From a virus (lineage: Duplodnaviria > Caudoviricetes): a DNA stretch of 51,915 bases. Shown one piece after another: positions 46,286 to 51,915 of this stretch. The translations under genes were made by a program, and so were the position numbers. The notes beneath the pieces were generated by a model. It saw only the letters and a program-made list of their open reading frames with translations, was not told the DNA's origin and ran no database searches. The DNA is taken from IMG/VR virus record IMGVR_UViG_3300006916_000006, positions 1-51,915 of that record. One strand, 5' to 3'. How positions within the stretch are numbered: the stretch's first letter is position 1; each line of letters starts with the position of its first letter.

Positions 46286-47398
46286 TTAGTTAGTTGTGGT
46301 TAAAAGTTTTGTCAGTTTCTCCATTTCTTCCCTGATGGATTTCAGTGTTGAAATGGATTCAGACGAAACTTCCTCCGTCACGGCATCACGCCCTTCAGAT
46401 TCCGTTTCACTATCGTCAATAATGTTAAGTTCATCCTTAACCATTGACTTCATTTTCCAGACAGTCGCCGTAGCTTCTTTTCTGGAAAATCCTTTGGAAC
46501 GCAGGATTCGCTCAATATCAGCGTATGTCTCTGCGTCTTCGAGTGATTTCACGGCTGTCACTTGTGCCATTGTGTTGGCTGGTTCTGTGACAACAGAAAT
46601 CTCCCATAAATCAATCTCTTTAATCGTGCGAACACCGCTATTTTTGTCGATGTCATATTCTTTGACCATGAATCCAATGCTCATACTGTCTAAGTCACCG
46701 GCTTTCAGTAGTGCGTAGGCTTCACGCCCCATCATTGTGCCAAGATTGATGCGACCTTCTACATACAGGCCATAATCATCTTCTTTCATCACGGGGAATG
46801 AGCCAATCGGCGTAGCCATGTCATGTTGCCAACACATTTTTACCTTACGACCACCGTCAAGGCAGCGTTTGAACGCATTTGGCGCAATAATGTCTTTTGT
46901 GCGGTCAATGTTACCAAATGTTGACGCATACCCTTTGAAATAGCCAAAAGACTGGCCATTTTCTTCATATTCATCGAAGGATTTAACTTCGAGATGGGCA
47001 GAAATGGTCTGTTTGCCCTTGAAAGGGTTGAGTTTTACGGGGTCAGAACTTTTCATAGATTCATCAATCCTGTCTAGTTGGTCGCGCTTGGACTCAGACC
47101 ATGTACGACCGGAGTCCCCACCCCACAATAACCACGCAATGTATCCCGCAGATGGTCGCTTGCCGTCGCTGCCGGTTTCGTCAAGGTTGTCGCCTTCATG
47201 GCGAGGCCAGTATTTCGCAATGTGGCGAATTTTCTCTGGGCTGGCTTCTTCGTTTGACAGAAGATACCGCGCTGTGGCTTCACCAGTCTGATTGTTGGGG
47301 TTGGGGTACTCTTTTTCGAGGTCAAGGCCACGGCGAGCGTTCTTCTTAACACCATCTGGTATTGATAAATCAACGTCTTTGCCACGGTATTTCACCAT
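46286..47398 (-). CDS. HK97-family prohead protease with N-terminal extra domain
   Basis: FKGYASTFGNID..DII..AF, WQHD..PIG, GL.VEG, MSIGF, LWEISVVTEPAN. Confidence 0.93.
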   Translation of the reverse strand: MVKYRGKDVDLSIPDGVKKNARRGLDLEKEYPNPNNQTGEATARYLLSNEEASPEKIRHIAKYWPRHEGDNLDETGSDGKRPSAGYIAWLLWGGDSGRTWSESKRDQLDRIDESMKSSDPVKLNPFKGKQTISAHLEVKSFDEYEENGQSFGYFKGYASTFGNIDRTKDIIAPNAFKRCLDGGRKVKMCWQHDMATPIGSFPVMKEDDYGLYVEGRINLGTMMGREAYALLKAGDLDSMSIGFMVKEYDIDKNSGVRTIKEIDLWEISVVTEPANTMAQVTAVKSLEDAETYADIERILRSKGFSRKEATATVWKMKSMVKDELNIIDDSETESEGRDAVTEEVSSESISTLKSIREEMEKLTKLLTTTN

Positions 47399-47479
47399 TT
47401 AATGCACCCTTTACGGACAAATTTTGTAGTTTCAATGGTGAAACTACCATGGAAAGGGGGTGTTACGCAAGTGAGGGGG

Positions 47480-48931
47480 TCAGTCTTTGCCTTCAGGGTT
47501 GGCTACGGTCTCTGCAGGCGTGTCTTTCGCTGGCGCAGGATTAGGGCTACCAATGACAGGCATATCGTTGATGTCAACGTCTTCACCCGCGATTGGCCGC
47601 CCGTTGGGGTCAACGATTTTATTGCCGTATTTGATTGGCGGGTGTTTGAAAATCTTACGTTTTTCATCAATCGTCATAATCAGAGACTTCTCAATAGCGT
47701 CTCTGCGCTCAACACGGCGGGGGATAAGAACGTCAATTTCATCACGGTTGACCATAAAGGCGTGGGTGTTGGCAATGTCGGGGTATCGGGGCAGAAGGAA
47801 ACGATTGAGATGCGTACAAAGTTCATCTGCAAGTGGCAGAATACGGTTTTCATAGAACTCAAGACGGAAATTGGACAGATTATTGGCTGTCACACTGTCT
47901 GCGGTGATAAGTTGAACAGGGATGCCTAAAACTTTGTAGATGGAGTGTTCAGAACGCTCTTTCATTAGTGCAAAATCAAGGTCTTTGGGTGTCATCTGCA
48001 TTTCTTGCCACTCTAACCCACCTTCAAGGACAAGAGGCCGCCCAGCATTGGCACTTCCTTGATAGTTTTTCTGGATTTGAAGTTGAAGACGCTTGAATTG
48101 TTCTTCGGACATCATCGCAGGTTGGCCGTCACGGGCTTTGAGGGTAAATGCTCCTGATGGCCGCGCACCATTGGTCAGAAGGGAGATATTATGTTGTGAA
48201 GCGTAAATCCAATGATTGATTTCGTAATACAGGGATGTCGTCTCAGGATTACCTTTGAAATCAGCCGTACCATAATTGGGGTTGAATGAGTGGGTGTGAT
48301 ACACAGCCTGAGTATCATCGGGGCTATAGTACTGTGGGTCACGCGGGGACTTACGGACGTACTCTTCAGGTGGTTTCGTTGAACCGGGCGCAGTTGAGGG
48401 TGTGTAACGCAATGTGTCAGGGAAACCCTGAGAATCCCTACGGCTTTCGATGTGAATGTAAGAAGGGTTGAGTAGGTACAACTCAGTTGGCGGCCTACGA
48501 CGCAGCCCAGAGGTCATGTAATAGGTGTTACCAGACAGTAGTTTCCAGATAATTGCATCGCGGATATACTCAAACTTGGTCTTCTGCTGAAATGGGTTTG
48601 GTGCGTTTAGAAGTTGAATGACAGGGTGTGTGGGGTCATCTTCATTCGTTTTAATGTCAGACAGAGTGATAGGGATAGAGGCCACAGCGTTGGCAATACG
48701 GGTCACAGCCGTATAGAGGGGCGCAATGGACTCAAAATTACGGATAATAGATTCCAGGGGCAGTGTACGGTACGCATAAACTTGCCCGGATGACTGATTG
48801 AACATGAGGGCGGCGTACGGGGACTCGCCCTTTTGTTCCGGGGCATTGGCGGAGTCAAAAGGATTTAAGGTGTTGGTGGTCTTAGGGGCATTTAAGGAGG
48901 ACTTAGGTGATGATTTTGTGAAAGGCCACAT
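47480..48931 (-). CDS. portal protein, HK97 family
   Basis: HPVIQLLNAPNP, LLSGNTY, NGARPSG, GSANAGRPLVLEGGLEWQ, MTIDEKR. Confidence 0.95.
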   Translation of the reverse strand: MWPFTKSSPKSSLNAPKTTNTLNPFDSANAPEQKGESPYAALMFNQSSGQVYAYRTLPLESIIRNFESIAPLYTAVTRIANAVASIPITLSDIKTNEDDPTHPVIQLLNAPNPFQQKTKFEYIRDAIIWKLLSGNTYYMTSGLRRRPPTELYLLNPSYIHIESRRDSQGFPDTLRYTPSTAPGSTKPPEEYVRKSPRDPQYYSPDDTQAVYHTHSFNPNYGTADFKGNPETTSLYYEINHWIYASQHNISLLTNGARPSGAFTLKARDGQPAMMSEEQFKRLQLQIQKNYQGSANAGRPLVLEGGLEWQEMQMTPKDLDFALMKERSEHSIYKVLGIPVQLITADSVTANNLSNFRLEFYENRILPLADELCTHLNRFLLPRYPDIANTHAFMVNRDEIDVLIPRRVERRDAIEKSLIMTIDEKRKIFKHPPIKYGNKIVDPNGRPIAGEDVDINDMPVIGSPNPAPAKDTPAETVANPEGKD

Positions 48932-48996
48932 GATACCATGCCTCCGCGTGTGGTTATGGTGGGTTTAGGTCAAATTAACACGCTTTTGGGGTTTTG

Positions 48997-49407
48997 TCAT
49001 GCCTTGGGACTTTTAGGGGTTTCTGGGTTTTCTGAGGTGGGGTTGGGGGTGAGGTGTGAGTTTTGACTCATGACACGTTGAATCTGCCGAAACACAAGGG
49101 CGAGGGTAATCTTCGCCGTTGAAGAAGGCTCAGTTGCCCCATTAAGGTAAGACACAACAGAACGTGGGGTGACATCAAGGATACGGGCGATGTCTTTCTG
49201 CGTAAATGCCAATGCGTGAATCATGTACGCTGCAATCGGGCAGTGTTGGACTTGCTGCCATGCATGTTTGTTTTTCACAAAGGCACAGTTTTGTTTTACT
49301 TCTTCAGACGTGCGCGTGTAGAAGTCTTCAAGACTGGAAATGACTTCATCAGCCGCATTGAGATACGGACGTGCGAGTGTCAGGGCATGTTCAGAGCGTT
49401 TTGGCAT
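48997..49407 (-). CDS. helix-turn-helix regulator (XRE-like), candidate repressor
   Basis: FTQKDIARILDVTPRSVVSYLNGATEP. Confidence 0.75.
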   Translation of the reverse strand: MPKRSEHALTLARPYLNAADEVISSLEDFYTRTSEEVKQNCAFVKNKHAWQQVQHCPIAAYMIHALAFTQKDIARILDVTPRSVVSYLNGATEPSSTAKITLALVFRQIQRVMSQNSHLTPNPTSENPETPKSPKA

Positions 49408-49413
49408 AGTTGT

Positions 49414-49442
49414 ATATTACGAAATGTTTTCACTTGTGTCAA
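49414..49442 (-). promoter_or_regulatory. sigma70-like promoter with operator; probably leaderless transcript
   Basis: TTGACA-N17-TAATAT, 6 nt before the ATG; GAAAACATTTC at 49421-49431. Confidence 0.7.
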
Positions 49443-49472
49443 GTGGGGTGTTGGTGGGGCGGGGGTGGGTGC

Positions 49473-51014
49473 CTATAAGGTACGGATTCGTGGCTCAGAC
49501 GGGAATGAGGATTTTACAAAATTGAGATATTGGCTGATGGAGTCAACAATATCGTCGTGCTTACCGTTTGGGAAATACATGCATTGCCGTTCGAACTCTT
49601 CCCACCATGGTCTTTGTTGGTGGTCATTGGGTAGTAAGAGAGATGAGGACTCAATAAAGGCGGGTATGGACGTCGCGGCACGTGTGAGTTTGTTTTGTTG
49701 TGGTGTAGGCGTGATGGCTTTGATGGGCAATGTGGTGTCTTTCCGCAGGTCTTGGATAAGTTGTTGCCCAGAGGCTTTGTCTTCAATTAGAATGACGGTT
49801 GGGTGTGGGGTTTTATTGGCCTGAGAAATGACGAGTTGATAGAGTTCAGGATACTCAAGGCGCGTGGCGATAACGTCTAAGAGGTAATGGTGGGTTTTGG
49901 TCTCTAACCATGTCGTACACACAGAGAAGTCGCTACGAGAGGTGGTTTTGATGGCTGTGTCCCAACTATGGGTGATACGCAGGGCTTGTGTTGGGGGTGG
50001 GAGATTTGCAGGGTCATAGGTACAGGACTGAAGTTGTTGGAGATTGATGATACCCCCGTCTGTCGGGGCAGGGTTTTGCATATACTGAGAAGCAAACGTG
50101 TATGGGCCACGCTCAGGGTCCGTCTTAATGGCCTCCAGGGATTCGCGGGTATCACGAGTCGGGTGAAGGAGGTCATCGGGATTCTGAGTGTGTGACGTGT
50201 TGTAGAAATAATAGGTTTGGGGGTCTTCTGTCTGGGGGTGGATTGCAGGTAGAATGACAGGCGTGAATTGTTCGCTTGGTGGACGCTTGGGGTTTTGGCG
50301 CAGGAGTTCACCGGGCAGGTCTCCTTCATGAAGACGCTGGGCAATGACGATGGTCGAACCATTGGTTTTATCATTGAGTCGTGAGGGGTACAGGGTATTG
50401 AAGAAGAAACGATTGGCACGTGTAAGTTCCGTGGGTGAGAAGGCTTGCTCGGGGGAGAGCAAATCATCAATCAGAAGTGTGTCAGCACCAAATGATGTCA
50501 CCGTGCCTTGGGGTGATGTCGCAAGGCATTGACCGCCTTTAGTCGTGGTGATGTGAGACTCCGTAGCTTTTTCAAGTATGGGGGTGTCGGGGGCAGGGAA
50601 TATCTGTTCGTACAGAGGGTGCTTTAAGAGACGAGCGAGTTTTGTATTGATGTTCGCAGAAGCCCTGGTTGAGAAGGACGCAATGATAGCCTGAAACGAA
50701 GGGTTGTGGCCTAAGCAGAACGCAGGAAAAGCCACAGAGACAGTTTCGGTCTTCAGGGAGCGCGGAGGAACATTGATAATCAGGTTACGGTTTCTTTGTT
50801 CAGGTGTGAGGGTTGACGGATACGCAGGGTGATCAGTGGGCAATGAGGATTGCAGCATCCAGCACAAATATTCCAGATGCCAGTTCCAATTCAGTTTGGT
50901 GTTGGGGTTGAGTATGCGAAAGGCAAGGCGCAGGAAAACACGGAAGTCTGTTTGCGCCAGCTTGAGAGCGAGTTGGATTTGCTCAGTGGGGGGTGTTGTG
51001 TGGGGGGTGTTCAT
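49473..51014 (-). CDS. terL: terminase large subunit
   Basis: LIINVPPRSLKT, GADTLLIDD, QRLHEGDL, FASQYMQNP, SWDTA, IEDKASG, FPNGKHDDIVDS. Confidence 0.95.
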   Translation of the reverse strand: MNTPHTTPPTEQIQLALKLAQTDFRVFLRLAFRILNPNTKLNWNWHLEYLCWMLQSSLPTDHPAYPSTLTPEQRNRNLIINVPPRSLKTETVSVAFPAFCLGHNPSFQAIIASFSTRASANINTKLARLLKHPLYEQIFPAPDTPILEKATESHITTTKGGQCLATSPQGTVTSFGADTLLIDDLLSPEQAFSPTELTRANRFFFNTLYPSRLNDKTNGSTIVIAQRLHEGDLPGELLRQNPKRPPSEQFTPVILPAIHPQTEDPQTYYFYNTSHTQNPDDLLHPTRDTRESLEAIKTDPERGPYTFASQYMQNPAPTDGGIINLQQLQSCTYDPANLPPPTQALRITHSWDTAIKTTSRSDFSVCTTWLETKTHHYLLDVIATRLEYPELYQLVISQANKTPHPTVILIEDKASGQQLIQDLRKDTTLPIKAITPTPQQNKLTRAATSIPAFIESSSLLLPNDHQQRPWWEEFERQCMYFPNGKHDDIVDSISQYLNFVKSSFPSEPRIRTL

Positions 51015-51020
51015 AGGGCG

Positions 51021-51202
51021 ATTATAACATAGAAGAAAATTCTGTATAGGGGTGGGGTGCGGGAAGTTATTTCTTTATACTAAAAAATTTGTGTTAGTTG
51101 GGATTGGGATAAGAGAATTTATTTCTATATACTGATTTTTCTGAGTTAGTTGGGGTTGAGCGAAGTTACTTCTATATACTAAAAATTTTACATTAGTTGG
51201 GG
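51021..51202. repeat. array of three ~40-bp imperfect repeats each starting with the GAAR-N3-YTTC motif, plus an extended -10 for terL
   Basis: Units at 51063, 51115, 51162 (GAAGTTAYTTC-TWTATACT...TTAGTTGGG); a fourth motif at 51032; TGTTATAAT on the - strand 6 nt before the terL ATG. Confidence 0.85.
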
Positions 51203-51262
51203 TAGGGGTCGTGTGTGCAGCACCTTTCAAGCTGCACTCGATTTTACCCCGCAGGGGGGTTT

Positions 51263-51312
51263 TTGGTGATTGGGCGTCTTTTATTGGTGATTGGGTGTCT
51301 TTTTGTGGTGAT
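51263..51312. repeat. 21-bp tandem repeat (2+ copies)
   Basis: TTGGTGATTGGGYGTCTTTT at 51263 and 51284, partial copy at 51306. Confidence 0.75.
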
Positions 51313-51433
51313 GCGCGACAAGGTGCTATCCCCTGCCGCGCTGTTGATTAATTCAGAATTGCATCTAATGCATGGATAAGCGCGAAAAAAGCGCCTATAC
51401 ACATGCAAAAAACCGGAAAAAATACGTGCATAG

Positions 51434-51688
51434 CTAAAGGTCCTTTTTCCGTGATACATCTGCAACATTGCAAGTGATGCCCTTGTCTTTACGATACTGC
51501 CAGCGCCATAAGTCATCTATGCCGCTAAGTTTTGCCGCTGTTGTTAGGTATTGCTCATCGTAGCCATAAGTTACCTTAGACTTGTCGCTTGTTCCATCTG
51601 AATAGTGCAGCGTGCAAGTGTGGTATGTGTTGCCATAGGTTTTGTCGAGCCAGCGCTTACCGCTAATATGTGTGATTGTTTTTTGCAT
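51434..51688 (-). CDS. hypothetical phage early protein
   Basis: AGGAGG RBS; KRWLDKTYGNTYH..YGYDEQY motif. Confidence 0.8.
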   Translation of the reverse strand: MQKTITHISGKRWLDKTYGNTYHTCTLHYSDGTSDKSKVTYGYDEQYLTTAAKLSGIDDLWRWQYRKDKGITCNVADVSRKKDL

Positions 51689-51706
51689 CGCTAAACCTCC
51701 TATTTT

Positions 51707-51862
51707 CTAATTATTCAGCCACTCATCAAACGACAATAAAGGCTTCCCTGTTGTTATATCATTACCCCTGCCATCATCTGCGCAAGATAAGTATATATTG
51801 TAGCGGTCGAATAGCAGGCCGGTTTCGTCCGTATCATCTAAGTATTGCTCCATAGGTTCCAT
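51707..51862 (-). CDS. small acidic protein (51 aa) running through the terminal repeat (not in ORF track)
   Basis: MEPMEQYLDDTDETGLLFDRYNIYLSCADDGRGNDITTGKPLLSFDEWLNN; AGGGG RBS; its start is also present at position 70. Confidence 0.7.
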   Translation of the reverse strand: MEPMEQYLDDTDETGLLFDRYNIYLSCADDGRGNDITTGKPLLSFDEWLNN

Positions 51863-51915
51863 TTTATACCCCTTCTACACGGTTGAATTGCAAGTGACTG
51901 ATTGCCACCTTGTTA
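51793..51915. repeat. 123-bp terminal direct repeat (copy 2)
   Basis: Identical to 1-123. Confidence 0.97.

Noticed and set aside
4140-51014. Alternative genetic code (stop-codon reassignment)
   Set aside because: All hallmark genes are full length under the standard bacterial code and no suppressor tRNA was seen.

Overview
The window is an apparently complete, circularly assembled tailed-phage (siphovirus-like) genome of about 51.8 kb; bases 1-123 are repeated exactly at 51793-51915. The + strand (3.3-22.7 kb) carries a replication module: Prim-Pol/VirE primase, SNF2 and Dda-like helicases, DUF2800 Cas4-like nuclease, SSB, family A DNA polymerase, RuvC-like resolvase and a GapR-like protein. 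The - strand (51.0-22.7 kb) carries an HK97-type head, RcGTA-like head spike/fibre, a lysis cassette, neck genes and a non-contractile tail. A + strand island of small genes interrupts this at 36.6-38.4 kb. GapR-like and RcGTA-spike-like genes suggest an alphaproteobacterial host (inference). I saw no integrase, tRNA or CRISPR array. Most notable: (1) a stand-alone PAS sensor domain with a C-terminal membrane anchor translationally coupled to the endolysin inside an expanded lysis cassette; (2) an intergenic hairpin whose loop is complementary to a conserved GCAAC...AGGAG leader shared by several phage promoters (candidate antisense sRNA); (3) a palindromic GAAR-N3-YTTC operator at many promoters. 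All family assignments come from motif recognition by eye, not database searches.
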